IMG/VR virus record: IMGVR_UViG_3300021431_004524
Location: 32,001 to 96,000 of that record
DNA from: a virus
Lineage: Duplodnaviria > Caudoviricetes
Length of the DNA stretch: 64,000 nt
Strand: one strand, 5' to 3'
A model generated the notes under the pieces. That model was not told the DNA's origin, did no database searches, and worked only from the letters and a program-made list of their open reading frames with translations. Position numbers and translations under genes: made by a program. How positions within the stretch are numbered: position 1 is the first letter of the stretch; every line of letters begins with the position of its first letter. Positions 8,342-18,846 of the stretch are shown one piece after another.

Positions 8342-9505
8342 ATGGCGTTAAGCAAGGAAAAAGAAAAACTTTTCAGACAAGTAAGGACACGTTTGGGTGT
8401 TAAGGTACGTTCAGTTGAACTTACCGATGACATGTTGTGTGATTTACTTGAGCAGGCCGTTGGTGATTATACGGAAAAAGTACAGAATTTCATTATAGAG
8501 TCAAACTGGGCACAGTTATACGGAAAGAATTTCAACAACGAAATAACAAATCAAGATATAGCATACGCCTTAACAACACGTTCTCTTGATATGATGAAGG
8601 ATTTCGGTGATTGGTTTTCAAAACAAGTTGGACTTCAGCAACACGGTAAATGGGAACTTAAAAAGGATTTCTTCAAAATAGAAGAAGGAAGACAAGTGTA
8701 TTTAGTTCCTGCCGGTAGGGAAATAAATAAGGTACTTTGGATTACCCCGCCAACCACGCACACTGCTTTATGGGCTAACTATGGTGGTTTTAGTACCGCT
8801 TTTGGCGGCGGAGTTCAAGGTCAGATGGGTCTTGGTGCTGCAAGCATTTTCGGTGGCATAGGTAGTGGCTATGGTATGGGTGTCGGTATGTGGGCATTAC
8901 CAATGGCTGATGTGGCTACTATGGCAGCAGATTTATCATTCAAGAACCAGATGATACGTAGTGACCTTGTTTATAAAGTAACCGCAGGTCCTGATGGTTC
9001 ACATTTAATACATCTTTTATCAACACCAGGGAGTAAACTCACATTTGGTGCAGGTGGTATGCCAGGTATGTATTCATTAAAAGACTGTTATGTGTGGTAT
9101 ACATACTATGATACTAATCCAAGTAATGCGGATGAATGTAGAAAGGATAATCCGTTTGTGATTCTTTCACCGGACCAAGTACCAATGGATGAAATTGACT
9201 ATGAATTGTTAAACACACCATCAAAGAATATTGTTCGTCAATTATTAGTTGGCTTGGCTGCTGAGACATTAGCATTGATACGTGGAAAATTCAGTGGTTC
9301 TATAAATATGATTAGCAGTCCGTTACAAATGGATTATGGCCAATTGATGACTCTTGGTAATCGTGAGAGAGATAATGCTATGAATGACTTGAAAGAACGT
9401 CTGTTACGTATGTCCCCTTATGAAATAATGAAGAAAAATGCAGATATGGCAGATGATTTAAGACGTTTACAAAAGAGTGTTCCATTAGGAATTTATCGAC
9501 ATTAA
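8342..9505 (+). CDS. Neck / head-tail adaptor protein (T4 gp13-like)
   Basis: N-terminal RLGVKVRSVELTDDMLCDLLEQA and C-terminal RGKFSG...LQMDYGQL...ERD resemble gp13. Confidence 0.75.
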   Translation: MALSKEKEKLFRQVRTRLGVKVRSVELTDDMLCDLLEQAVGDYTEKVQNFIIESNWAQLYGKNFNNEITNQDIAYALTTRSLDMMKDFGDWFSKQVGLQQHGKWELKKDFFKIEEGRQVYLVPAGREINKVLWITPPTTHTALWANYGGFSTAFGGGVQGQMGLGAASIFGGIGSGYGMGVGMWALPMADVATMAADLSFKNQMIRSDLVYKVTAGPDGSHLIHLLSTPGSKLTFGAGGMPGMYSLKDCYVWYTYYDTNPSNADECRKDNPFVILSPDQVPMDEIDYELLNTPSKNIVRQLLVGLAAETLALIRGKFSGSINMISSPLQMDYGQLMTLGNRERDNAMNDLKERLLRMSPYEIMKKNADMADDLRRLQKSVPLGIYRH

Positions 9506-9523
9506 TAGGAAATACAATTACTT

Positions 9524-10228
9524 ATGAGAATTATTAAATTAACAGAAAGTCAATACGATGATATTTGGAATGACCCATTGTTGGATGATAAAAACGTGTT
9601 TTCATATGAAACACTTAAAACAATGGATTGGAAGAATGGCATAGAGCTTGATGCCTATTGTCAGAGGTGTGGATTATCTAAAATAGGTGAAGGTATTGGT
9701 CGTAATGTATATGCAATTGATGATAATCTTGTAATAAAGGTTTCAAAGAAAAGCCATGACCAAAACGAAGGTGAGGTATTTGCTTATCGTAATATGTCAG
9801 ATGAATTGAAAGAAATGGTTCCGACTATCTTTGCGTATGATAAAAAGAATATCAGACCAATGTGGATTATTACAGAACGTGTACTTCCGGCAAGTTATGC
9901 GGATTTTCAGAAACTATTAGGTATCGATTTCGGTAGTTATGAAAGTCAGCAAGATATGAAGGATATGAAAAATGATTTGGAGACATATAAAAAGTATCCG
10001 AGCAATAAAGGAAACGGACTTAATCTGATGATGTTCCTTGAAGATTACGGAGATGGCGACATATCATTATATATGAACGATTTGAAACACAACGGATGGT
10101 TAAATACATTATGTAAGATGTTGAACCAAGGTTTCGTGTCTTATTGGGAACTTGAAAATATCGCAAATTGGGGGTTGGTTCATAGAAATGGTAAAACGAA
10201 TATCATAATTCTCGATACAGGTATGTGA
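9524..10228 (+). CDS. Protein-kinase-like fold protein
   Basis: Gly loop IGEGIGRNVY, VIKV lysine, alphaC NEGE, WIITERV hinge, N-containing catalytic loop (ELENIANWG), IILDTG. Confidence 0.6.
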   Translation: MRIIKLTESQYDDIWNDPLLDDKNVFSYETLKTMDWKNGIELDAYCQRCGLSKIGEGIGRNVYAIDDNLVIKVSKKSHDQNEGEVFAYRNMSDELKEMVPTIFAYDKKNIRPMWIITERVLPASYADFQKLLGIDFGSYESQQDMKDMKNDLETYKKYPSNKGNGLNLMMFLEDYGDGDISLYMNDLKHNGWLNTLCKMLNQGFVSYWELENIANWGLVHRNGKTNIIILDTGM

Positions 10229-10233
10229 ACTAA

Positions 10234-10662
10234 TTATACGAACCTCATTCTGATATCACGTTTTGCAAACATTGATTCAACATCGTCAATCTTATCACCA
10301 AAGTGTATTACAATTCGGCATGGTTCCGGATATTCCTCGGCATCATCCAAGTTCTCATATGCCAATGCTATAATTTGGTCTCTACAGTCTTGCATACTGT
10401 AACAGCAATTATCTTGTGCAAGGTCAAGTTTGATATATGTTTTAACCTCTTTAATATAATCATACATGTTGTCGGCAATCATCAAAGTTTCAAGTTTCTC
10501 ATTACAACTTGGTTTTTCAGACCATCCGTCAGCAAATGTGTCTTCAGTGTTTTCCGACAAAAGAAAATGATATATATTAAATCCATCACTGTCACGACCT
10601 ATATATAATATGAATACCACTTTTAAGTTTGAGGTATCAATGAAATCTAAATCTGAAATCAT
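10234..10662 (-). CDS. Hypothetical protein
   Basis: 142-aa ORF tightly coupled with the exonuclease and helicase genes. Confidence 0.7.
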   Translation of the reverse strand: MISDLDFIDTSNLKVVFILYIGRDSDGFNIYHFLLSENTEDTFADGWSEKPSCNEKLETLMIADNMYDYIKEVKTYIKLDLAQDNCCYSMQDCRDQIIALAYENLDDAEEYPEPCRIVIHFGDKIDDVESMFAKRDIRMRFV

Positions 10663-10663
10663 A

Positions 10664-11170
10664 TTAATCAGTAAGTAAGTATTTTTCTCTTATTTTAGAA
10701 TATATTTCACCACATGCCCTTGCATCGTCTAATGCATTATGATGGTGTTTTAACCTTATTTTTAAATATCTGCACACAGTGTCCAATTTGTGATTGTATA
10801 ATTTTTTAAAATAATTTCTGCTTAATTTTAATGTGTCGATAAATTCATAGTCACACTTTGTGCCAAATTCTTCGTTACAGGCAATTAAGCAACTCTTCTC
10901 AAAGCCTGCATTATGCGCAACAATAGGGCTATCACCTATCATTTTATCTATTTTTTCCCACACTTCCGGAAATTTAGGTGCATCCTTTACGTCATTATAA
11001 TGTATTCCATGTATTTTAACACAATGATATTCCTCTAATTTCGTAGGCGGACATACAAGACTGTAAAATTCGTCTACAATCTTACCGTCCTCAAATATCA
11101 CACATGACGCAGAACAAACCGAACAACGCCAATGTTCAAGTGTTTCAAAATCTAATGCCGCATATCTCAT
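10664..11170 (-). CDS. DEDDh 3'-5' exonuclease (DNA Pol III epsilon-like)
   Basis: ALDFET, VAHNAGFE, DTLKLSR, HHNALDDARAC motifs. Confidence 0.9.
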   Translation of the reverse strand: MRYAALDFETLEHWRCSVCSASCVIFEDGKIVDEFYSLVCPPTKLEEYHCVKIHGIHYNDVKDAPKFPEVWEKIDKMIGDSPIVAHNAGFEKSCLIACNEEFGTKCDYEFIDTLKLSRNYFKKLYNHKLDTVCRYLKIRLKHHHNALDDARACGEIYSKIREKYLLTD

Positions 11171-11171
11171 A

Positions 11172-13181
11172 TTATTTATCTTTTTCAGCCTTTATTGTTT
11201 CATCCATTACAAGTCCCTTACGTAATACTTTTTCAAACATGTCTTGCGAAATTGAATCTGTAAACAATTGATATATACACAATGCATCCTCTTTCTGTGT
11301 TATACGGTATATACGGTCTTGCATCTGTCTGTTTGATGTTTCAAGCCAACTGTAACTGTTGAATATCATTATATGTGACGCAGTAAGGGTTAAGCCTACA
11401 CCGGCTGATTCAATTTGTCCGATAAACACCTTTATCTTAGGATTTTCCATAAATTCTTTTTCAGACTTATCCTTTTGTTTGGGTGTCATTTTACCGTCAT
11501 ATACGACTGCTTGCTTACCATAATATTCTTTAAAGGCATTGATTTCACTTGTAAAGTTACATGCAATGATGACTTTTTCACCATCCTCAATGTAATCATT
11601 TGCAAGTTCAATCGTATTAGGAACCATTTCCCTTGCAAGGAACTGTCTTACCAATGTTCCTTCGACCAATTGTCTGTATTCTTCATTTGTATTATCACCG
11701 TTTTCCTCTTGTGCTTCAACATATTCGTCCCACAATCTGTCATATTCTTCTTTCTGTCTATCATCAAGGTCATAATACCTTGTATCAAGACTTTTATTAA
11801 CCATTCCGGGAATATCAGATGAAAGTCTTCTTATATATACATGTTTGATTTTTTCCCTTAATTCATTAAGATTTGTAGAACCTTGTGGTATTATAAGACT
11901 ATCGGCATTTTCATCAATATATTTTACGGCATCTTTTCTTTTTTCGTTATTCATTGAAGCCCAACTTGTTCCATGTGTATATTCATATTTTGCAAGCCAT
12001 TTCTTCCATTCTCCGGGTTTATATAACTTTTTACCATCACAGTATGTGTTTATATAGTATTCATAGTCTTTTGTTACATCAGCATCAATAAGCCTAAGAA
12101 TGTAATATAAATTCATTGGTGTATTAGTCAAAGGTGTGCCGGTTAAAAGGAAAACATGTTTTATGTCTGATTTTCTTAAGAAATCATAAATAACTTTATA
12201 ACGGTTGGAAGTGTTGTTTGAAAGTTTCTGTGCTTCGTCAATAATTACACAGTCGAAGTTAGAGGTAAACAGCGGACTATTGAGTAAAGCCTTTTTTATA
12301 TCATTTTTCTTATTTGACTTTACTTGTTTATTTACCATCTTACCCGTCTTCTTATCTTTAATCATGACAGGCACTTTAAGTTTCTCAACTTCACCGTTCT
12401 TTCCTTGTATTTCCTCAATTTTATACTCATTTTCATACGGTATCTCATAGTAATTCTGAACAATATCATAGTTGATTATAGTGAATTTACCAGTTGAACC
12501 GTCCCATTTTGAACCTTTAATCACAACAATATCTTCAGGTTTTTCAAATAAAGAAACCTCACGTTTCCAAGTTGATTTCAAAGAGGCTGTCGTGATAACA
12601 AGGATTTTCTTGCAACCGCTTTCCAATGAACTTACGATTGCTTGAATCGTTTTTCCTAATCCCATTTGGTCTGCTAAGACACACTTTTTATTACCGACAA
12701 GGAATTTAATACCATCTTCCTGGTGTTGTTTTAGATTCATTCCATACTCAGAGAGTTTATTGTTATATGGAGTGAAATCTATGTCAATTGATTTATAATC
12801 AACAACGTGTATCGGTGTAAGTATTTGTTTCTTACTCAAAAACATTAATGCCGGTGGTATGGAATTTCTGTATTGTGCATAGCAATGATAAGAGTTTTTC
12901 ATTTCACCGATTATTGTAGTTATCCTTAATTTTTCCGGAGTAAAATCAATATCGTATTTCTCTTGAAGTTTTTCCCCAAGTTGTTTTGATATTTTAACTA
13001 TCTTATTGACGTTATCTGATATATAATCCTTGTTCTTGATTATGTATTCGGTTTCAAACCCATCTTCAGTCAAGATGAGTTTGTGCAGTTCATTCATTCT
13101 TTTGTAGTAAAGAATCTGATTGTTTGTTCCGCAGTATTCTTCAAGTATTCTATATGCTTTACTTATCGGGCTTTCTTTCAT
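11172..13181 (-). CDS. SNF2-family (SF2) helicase/annealing helicase
   Basis: LADQMGLGKT, IIDEAQ, LTGTPLTN, AGVGLTLT, QMQDRIYRI. Confidence 0.9.
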   Translation of the reverse strand: MKESPISKAYRILEEYCGTNNQILYYKRMNELHKLILTEDGFETEYIIKNKDYISDNVNKIVKISKQLGEKLQEKYDIDFTPEKLRITTIIGEMKNSYHCYAQYRNSIPPALMFLSKKQILTPIHVVDYKSIDIDFTPYNNKLSEYGMNLKQHQEDGIKFLVGNKKCVLADQMGLGKTIQAIVSSLESGCKKILVITTASLKSTWKREVSLFEKPEDIVVIKGSKWDGSTGKFTIINYDIVQNYYEIPYENEYKIEEIQGKNGEVEKLKVPVMIKDKKTGKMVNKQVKSNKKNDIKKALLNSPLFTSNFDCVIIDEAQKLSNNTSNRYKVIYDFLRKSDIKHVFLLTGTPLTNTPMNLYYILRLIDADVTKDYEYYINTYCDGKKLYKPGEWKKWLAKYEYTHGTSWASMNNEKRKDAVKYIDENADSLIIPQGSTNLNELREKIKHVYIRRLSSDIPGMVNKSLDTRYYDLDDRQKEEYDRLWDEYVEAQEENGDNTNEEYRQLVEGTLVRQFLAREMVPNTIELANDYIEDGEKVIIACNFTSEINAFKEYYGKQAVVYDGKMTPKQKDKSEKEFMENPKIKVFIGQIESAGVGLTLTASHIMIFNSYSWLETSNRQMQDRIYRITQKEDALCIYQLFTDSISQDMFEKVLRKGLVMDETIKAEKDK

Positions 13182-13204
13182 TATCAGTTTATACCTCTTA
13201 TATG

Positions 13205-13235
13205 CAAATATACTACATTTGTTTTAAACCACAAA
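13205..13235 (-). promoter_or_regulatory. Bacteroidetes-type promoter for the helicase-exonuclease operon
   Basis: Minus strand TTTG-N19-TATATTTG. Confidence 0.65.
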
Positions 13236-13262
13236 CTATTTATAGATATATTTTACTGGAAT

Positions 13263-13787
13263 ATGCCAAATAATTTACGTACACCGATTACAAGAAACGA
13301 TAAATTCTATTCAGAGGAAGACTTTGAATACGAAACAGACTTGCTCATGGAATATCTTGAGGAAGACTTAAATCAAACTGTGGTCGTGTATGAAGTTGAT
13401 AGACAGAAAACTAATATTAATGCCGTTTATAAAGAAGCAAAGGACGGACAAATAAGATTTAAAGCACCAAAGGAAATACCTTGTATGTATGAACTCAAAG
13501 ATGCTGATATTAAAACTTATGATTCAAAGACGAATACGGGTGTTTATGTGGTTAATGGTAATCTTATATTGCATGTAATGCCTAAAATCCTCGAAAAATA
13601 TAAATGTGATATAAGAAGAGGTGATTATATCGGCCTTCAAATTGATACCAACAGAATGGTCTATTTCTCCGTTGTAAATGACGGAAAGGTAAATACAGCC
13701 AACAGATATCATGTCGGGGCATATAAGATTGCATGGAGAGAAATTACATGTGCCCCCGTACCGGAAAATGAATTTAAAGGAGAGTAA
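13263..13787 (+). CDS. Neck / head-closure protein (T4 gp14-like); start reassigned to ATG 13263
   Basis: Located between gp13-like and gp15-like genes; has VYKE...F..P.EIP and RRGDYI motifs. The longer track start overlaps the helicase gene. Confidence 0.55.
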   Translation: MPNNLRTPITRNDKFYSEEDFEYETDLLMEYLEEDLNQTVVVYEVDRQKTNINAVYKEAKDGQIRFKAPKEIPCMYELKDADIKTYDSKTNTGVYVVNGNLILHVMPKILEKYKCDIRRGDYIGLQIDTNRMVYFSVVNDGKVNTANRYHVGAYKIAWREITCAPVPENEFKGE

Positions 13788-13789
13788 TA

Positions 13790-14926
13790 ATGCGTAAAGG
13801 ACAACCGAAAAAGAATATCGTACCCATAAGATTTAAAGATAAGTCATTTGGTAATGAAAGACGTAGGAATTTTCCAAGGGAGATTCTTTATAAGGAAACT
13901 GAATTGCCAAAACCTTTGAACTATGATGACATAGATTCTTCTTTTGAAGAATTTGTGAAGGAAGAAGTCGCAAAATTCAACAATACCATTTATCCGGTCT
14001 TTACCCTTTACAGCAATCAGAGATTCAGTGAGTATTCTCAGAATTGGGAACATACGGATGAGGATGGTAATCTATTACTCAATTTTGTTACAGTCAACAG
14101 AGATAGTAACCCAAAACCCGGTTCTAACCAAGGTGAACTGTGGAACATACCGGGAGACAGATACTATACAATGCTTATAAAGGATGTGCTTGATGACAAC
14201 GGAACGGAAAGTTATGAGATATATTCGATGAAACAGCCTTATGCAGTCGATTTGAGTTATCGTATAAATTTTATGACTTCAACCTATGAAAACATCAATG
14301 ATTTCAATAACCGTATTAATGAACTGTTTAAGGCAAGACAATGTTATATAAGACCTAATGGTCATTTTATACCTATGATTGTAGAGGAAATAAATGATGA
14401 AACGTCTTATAGTATAGACGAACGTAGATTCTTTCTTCAATCGATAGGAATTAAGGTGATGGCATACATCATCAATAAAGAGGATTTTAAAGTTGAGAAG
14501 AAACCAAAACATATAATGATGTTTATGGAAGGCGATGCAAAAAGACCTACTCCAACAGTCGATATTGATGAATATGAAGGAAATAACCCATTAGAATACC
14601 GTTCAGTTGACCTTACAGTTAATTTCAGTGAATATTATGAAAAGGTTGAATTTGATATTGATAGTGATTTAGTCGTTGAAACGACATCAAAGACAAATGT
14701 CAGAAGTATGAGACTCTTCGTTAATGATACTATGTACTACATTGACAAAGGATTTAAGTTGAAGAACGGTGATAATATTAAGATAAAAATAAATAAATAC
14801 GACATATCTGATAAGGCAACCATTGTTTTCAATGGATATAATCCGAATTATGTCTATAACACTGAAGTTACTCCAGAAAAGGTGAGTGATGAAGTCGTTA
14901 AGCATGAAGAGATAAATATTGATTAA
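13790..14926 (+). CDS. Tail terminator / sheath stabiliser (T4 gp15-like)
   Basis: QPYAVDLSYRINFMTSTYENINDFNNRINELF resembles the gp15 core; lies just upstream of the sheath gene. Confidence 0.55.
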   Translation: MRKGQPKKNIVPIRFKDKSFGNERRRNFPREILYKETELPKPLNYDDIDSSFEEFVKEEVAKFNNTIYPVFTLYSNQRFSEYSQNWEHTDEDGNLLLNFVTVNRDSNPKPGSNQGELWNIPGDRYYTMLIKDVLDDNGTESYEIYSMKQPYAVDLSYRINFMTSTYENINDFNNRINELFKARQCYIRPNGHFIPMIVEEINDETSYSIDERRFFLQSIGIKVMAYIINKEDFKVEKKPKHIMMFMEGDAKRPTPTVDIDEYEGNNPLEYRSVDLTVNFSEYYEKVEFDIDSDLVVETTSKTNVRSMRLFVNDTMYYIDKGFKLKNGDNIKIKINKYDISDKATIVFNGYNPNYVYNTEVTPEKVSDEVVKHEEINID

Positions 14927-14940
14927 TATTAATTCGTTGT

Positions 14941-15065
14941 TCTATCTTTATTTTGAGGTTATGACAGTCCCAGGACCTTGTCTACAATATGTCTACTACC
15001 AGAAATTTTTTATTTAATTAAAAATAAAAAATTAGTTTCTGGGACCTAGGTCCAAAAAGATAAGA
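14941..15065. repeat. Nested inverted repeats and a 12-bp palindrome in an intergenic region
   Basis: GTCCCAG (14967) / CTGGGAC (15039); CCAGAAA-TTTTTTATTT...AAATAAAAAA-TTTCTGG; palindrome GGACCTAGGTCC (15042-15053); TGTCTAC direct repeat twice. Confidence 0.6.
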
Positions 15066-15094
15066 AAATATATAAAAGAAAAGAAAAAGGTAAA

Positions 15095-15451
15095 ATGAAG
15101 AAGACTTCTCAGATTTACAAGTTCATTGAAGCGAACCGTTCATTGGATAAACTCATGTCTCAGAATTTGGAATATCCTATAAAGACTGCGTACAACATCG
15201 TTAAATCAAAGAAAGAGTTGGATGAAGCAATTGACTATGTTATGGAAAGGTTCGGTATCGTATGTGGCAATAATGTTGATTTTGAAAATATCTCAGATGA
15301 ACAGAACGTTATTTTAAACGGAATATTGTCACAAGAGATAGAGATAGATTTACCGGATATACCAATAAATGATATTGTTTCAAACGATAATGTAACTGTA
15401 TCAACCTCCGACATAGAAAATATAATGTTTCTCTTTGGAAAAAACGACTAA
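15095..15451 (+). CDS. Hypothetical phage protein (DUF1617-like pattern)
   Basis: 118 aa; YPIKTAYNI..SKKEL...EIEIDLPDI pattern. Confidence 0.55.
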   Translation: MKKTSQIYKFIEANRSLDKLMSQNLEYPIKTAYNIVKSKKELDEAIDYVMERFGIVCGNNVDFENISDEQNVILNGILSQEIEIDLPDIPINDIVSNDNVTVSTSDIENIMFLFGKND

Positions 15452-15528
15452 TAAATATCAGTTACAAGTACTTTTAGGTTTTGAAATGATATTTATTATA
15501 AAATAATTTGTTAAACAAAATAGAATAA

Positions 15529-18500
15529 ATGGCAAATACGAATAATAATAACGCAAGACAGACACACGTAAGTCCGGGTATATACACAAAGGAAACCGAC
15601 CTGACTTACGCATCAAAGTCTCTTGGTATTACTACTTTGGGTCTTGTTGGTGAAACCTTAAAAGGTCCCGCATTTCAGCCAATAACAATCGAAAATTGGA
15701 GACAGTACCAACAGTATTTCGGTGGAACAAGTACTGAGAAATACAGAGGAAGCCAATATCCTAAGTATGAATTACCTTATATTGCACAGTCGTATCTCAA
15801 ACAGTCAAATCAGCTTGAAGTATGCCGTGTTCTTGGTCTTTCTGGTGTTAATGCCGGACCTGCTTGGATTGTAACGGCTAAGAAAGAAAATGGAACATAT
15901 GATGATATGGTCGTGTTCGTACTTCGTTCAAGAGGTGAACACAAAAAGGCTGCTTTCTTACGCCATCCAACTGAGGAAGATAAGAAAAACGGAATTTGTA
16001 GTGATGTTTATGAGAATGACGGAATTGTGTATTATACCTCAGCAGTTTCACTTGATGTAAGCAAAACACTTGAATTCGGTAACGAATGTAGTCCAAGTCC
16101 AACGACCGAATCCGGCGACTTTAAAGTGAATGTTAATAACTACGGACGTTTTACGATTGTTGTAACCACTAATACAGGTGCTATAAAAAAATACTCCGTA
16201 TCACTTAATCCGGGTGAAAAGAACTATATAATTAATGTTCTTGGCACGAATCCTGAAATCGGTGAATCTGAGGTTTATGTTGAAGAACTTTATGATGTTG
16301 CATTGGAGCAATTAATTGAAAGAGGTGAAATTGATAGTATTAATCACATACCTACTGAATATAAACTCACATACATAGTACCTAAGTATGATGAAGTGGA
16401 TGATATTCTTACTTACGAGGAAGATTTGCTTACAAGAAAAGACGTTGGCAAACGTTTCCTTTACAGTTCATCACTTTCAAAAAATGGTAATGATGCTGCA
16501 ATTAATGTGCATGTATCTACTGATGATGGTAAGACTTGGACTGAAATGGCCGGTAGTGTAGGACATATCTATACTGTTATTCCATTCACAACTTCAGAGG
16601 GTACACGTAAATACTACTATGGTGAATACAATAGTACAGGTGATGGGTCGAATACGGAAATTCTTACTACTGATAGAACAGTTGACCCGACAAGTCATAT
16701 TTTTGATAATGCCGTTAAGGTTAGGTCTTATGAGTCGTTCTTTGTCCTTGAAGATGGTGATGTTAAACCGGTTACTCTTGATATGAACAACTATAAGGAA
16801 CAGTTCAGATATGCTTCGACACCTTGGATATTGTCAGAAATGAAGGGTGATGCTGAAAACATTGAGATTAACAGACTTTTCAGATTCCATACTATTTCTG
16901 ACGGTAATACTGCAAATACGGAAGTTAAGGTTTCTATTGAGAATATTGACCCTGAATATGGTACGTTCGATGTAATTGTACGTGATTTCTATGATACTGA
17001 TAACGCACCTGTTGTATATGAAAGATATAAGGGTGTTAATCTTATCCCTGGTGACAAGAACTATATCTCATTAAGAATCGGTTCATTCGATGAGGAATAT
17101 GAAAACATGTCTAATTACATTACTGTTGAGGTAAATGAAAATGACAAGACAAAGCAGTCAATTCCTGCCGGTTTCATGGGCTATCCGGTAAGAAATTATG
17201 AGAACGGTATTACAATACAGAATGTTTCAACAAAACCAAAAAAACCATTCTTCCAATATAATACTAATGTAGATGCCGACATAAGAATCAATAAACAGTA
17301 TTTTGGTATTTCTAATATTACCGGTATTGATGAGGATATCTTGAAGTATAAGGGCGTTGAGGCATATGATGAGGAACCAGATGGACTTACACCATGTTTC
17401 CACCTTGATTCACGTATTCTTGAAACTGCTTATAAGACGAAATACGACATTATACAAAATGTAACGATTGATGGCGTTGGCGGTTATGAATGGGTTACAG
17501 TAGGTGCTGAAAATCAGACTATGTTCGGTATCGAACCAAGAATCGGTGACTTAGAAACCATGATGGGCACAATCTATGAGGATAAGAGATACCGTAAGTT
17601 CACTCTTGCTTTCTGCGGTGGTTTCGACGGATGGGATTATTACCGTACCTCAAGAAGTAATTCAGATGACTTCAAATATACAAAATACAAGGGAAAGATT
17701 AATAGACAGAGTGGAATTGGTACAATGCTTTCTGTAATTAAAGACCCTGAGAATTATGGCTTCGGTGGAGGCGATAAGGTTTTGAACTCAGACTTCTATG
17801 CCTATCTTTCCGCTTACAGGCAGTTTGCTAATCCTAAGACAATTGACATTAACGTGTTTGCAACACCCGGTATCGATTATGTTAATCAGAATGCACTTGT
17901 CGGTGAAGTCATAACAATGATTGAAGAGGAACGTGCAGACTCAGTATATGTCGTTACGACACCTGATAAGCCTTATGGTGCAAGTGATGCTGAAGGTGAC
18001 ATGTTTACACCGTCTGATGCTGTTGATAATCTTGATGATTCTGAAATCGATAGTAATTACACTTGTTCATATTATCCTTGGTGTAAATACTTTGATGAAG
18101 AAAATAACAAATATATTTATCTGCCACCAACACGTGACGTAGTACGTAACTTTGCTTATACTGACAATACTAAGTATCCTTGGTTTGCAGCAGCAGGTTG
18201 GTATCGTGGTGAGATTGAGGACAAGGGTGTTAAGCCTAAGAAGTCTTTGAAACTCGGTGAACAGGACGTGCTCTATGCCGGACGTTTGAACTTCATTAAT
18301 ACTTTTGCAAAAGAAGGTATGAAGATTTGGGGTGATAAGAACATGCAGGTTCGTGAGAGTCAGATGAATAGGATTTCTAAGAGAAGATTGCTTATCCGTA
18401 TTAGAAAACTTTGCTCTATTGCTTGTATCGGTCTTATTTTCGACCCGAACGACAACACAACGAAGCAGTCATTTGAAAGTGCAATCACGCCAATCCTTGA

Positions 18501-18678
18501 CAATATCATGGCAAATCGTGGTATTACCGATTGGAGACTTGAAATCGATGACAGTCAAGAGGCACGTGACAGACTTGAGTTACCTGCTAAGATTTATATC
18601 AAACCACAGCCTAACCTTGAATATATAGATATTAATTTCGTTATTACACCACAAGGTACAAACTGGGACGATATTTAA
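15529..18678 (+). CDS. Contractile tail sheath protein
   Basis: SPGIYTKETD start, GETLKGPAF, YYPW, PWFAAAGWYRG, IWGDKN, FDPND and KPQPNLEYIDINFVIT sheath motifs. Confidence 0.95.
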   Translation: MANTNNNNARQTHVSPGIYTKETDLTYASKSLGITTLGLVGETLKGPAFQPITIENWRQYQQYFGGTSTEKYRGSQYPKYELPYIAQSYLKQSNQLEVCRVLGLSGVNAGPAWIVTAKKENGTYDDMVVFVLRSRGEHKKAAFLRHPTEEDKKNGICSDVYENDGIVYYTSAVSLDVSKTLEFGNECSPSPTTESGDFKVNVNNYGRFTIVVTTNTGAIKKYSVSLNPGEKNYIINVLGTNPEIGESEVYVEELYDVALEQLIERGEIDSINHIPTEYKLTYIVPKYDEVDDILTYEEDLLTRKDVGKRFLYSSSLSKNGNDAAINVHVSTDDGKTWTEMAGSVGHIYTVIPFTTSEGTRKYYYGEYNSTGDGSNTEILTTDRTVDPTSHIFDNAVKVRSYESFFVLEDGDVKPVTLDMNNYKEQFRYASTPWILSEMKGDAENIEINRLFRFHTISDGNTANTEVKVSIENIDPEYGTFDVIVRDFYDTDNAPVVYERYKGVNLIPGDKNYISLRIGSFDEEYENMSNYITVEVNENDKTKQSIPAGFMGYPVRNYENGITIQNVSTKPKKPFFQYNTNVDADIRINKQYFGISNITGIDEDILKYKGVEAYDEEPDGLTPCFHLDSRILETAYKTKYDIIQNVTIDGVGGYEWVTVGAENQTMFGIEPRIGDLETMMGTIYEDKRYRKFTLAFCGGFDGWDYYRTSRSNSDDFKYTKYKGKINRQSGIGTMLSVIKDPENYGFGGGDKVLNSDFYAYLSAYRQFANPKTIDINVFATPGIDYVNQNALVGEVITMIEEERADSVYVVTTPDKPYGASDAEGDMFTPSDAVDNLDDSEIDSNYTCSYYPWCKYFDEENNKYIYLPPTRDVVRNFAYTDNTKYPWFAAAGWYRGEIEDKGVKPKKSLKLGEQDVLYAGRLNFINTFAKEGMKIWGDKNMQVRESQMNRISKRRLLIRIRKLCSIACIGLIFDPNDNTTKQSFESAITPILDNIMANRGITDWRLEIDDSQEARDRLELPAKIYIKPQPNLEYIDINFVITPQGTNWDDI

Positions 18679-18700
18679 TATTAGTCATAGAAATAAAATT

Positions 18701-18734
18701 AAAGAGGGATTTCTTAAAGAAGTTCCTCTTTTTT
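18701..18734 (+). terminator. Intrinsic terminator after the sheath gene
   Basis: AAAGAGGGATTTCT-TAA-AGAAGTTCCTCTTT stem followed by a T tract. Confidence 0.75.
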
Positions 18735-18754
18735 AGTTATTTTAACAGAAAAAA

Positions 18755-18786
18755 TTTGGTTATTTGGAAATAAAGTAGTAAATTTG
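18755..18786 (+). promoter_or_regulatory. Bacteroidetes-type promoter for the second endonuclease
   Basis: TTTG-N20-TAAATTTG. Confidence 0.65.
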
Positions 18787-18846
18787 AATGTAATTTTTAA
18801 AAATCACGATTCGATTGCTATTATATCGCTGAATATTATTGCAAAT

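Noticed and set aside
13083-13262. Extended N-terminus of the gp14-like gene
   Set aside because: Overlaps the divergent helicase gene and its promoter; ATG 13263 follows the late motif.
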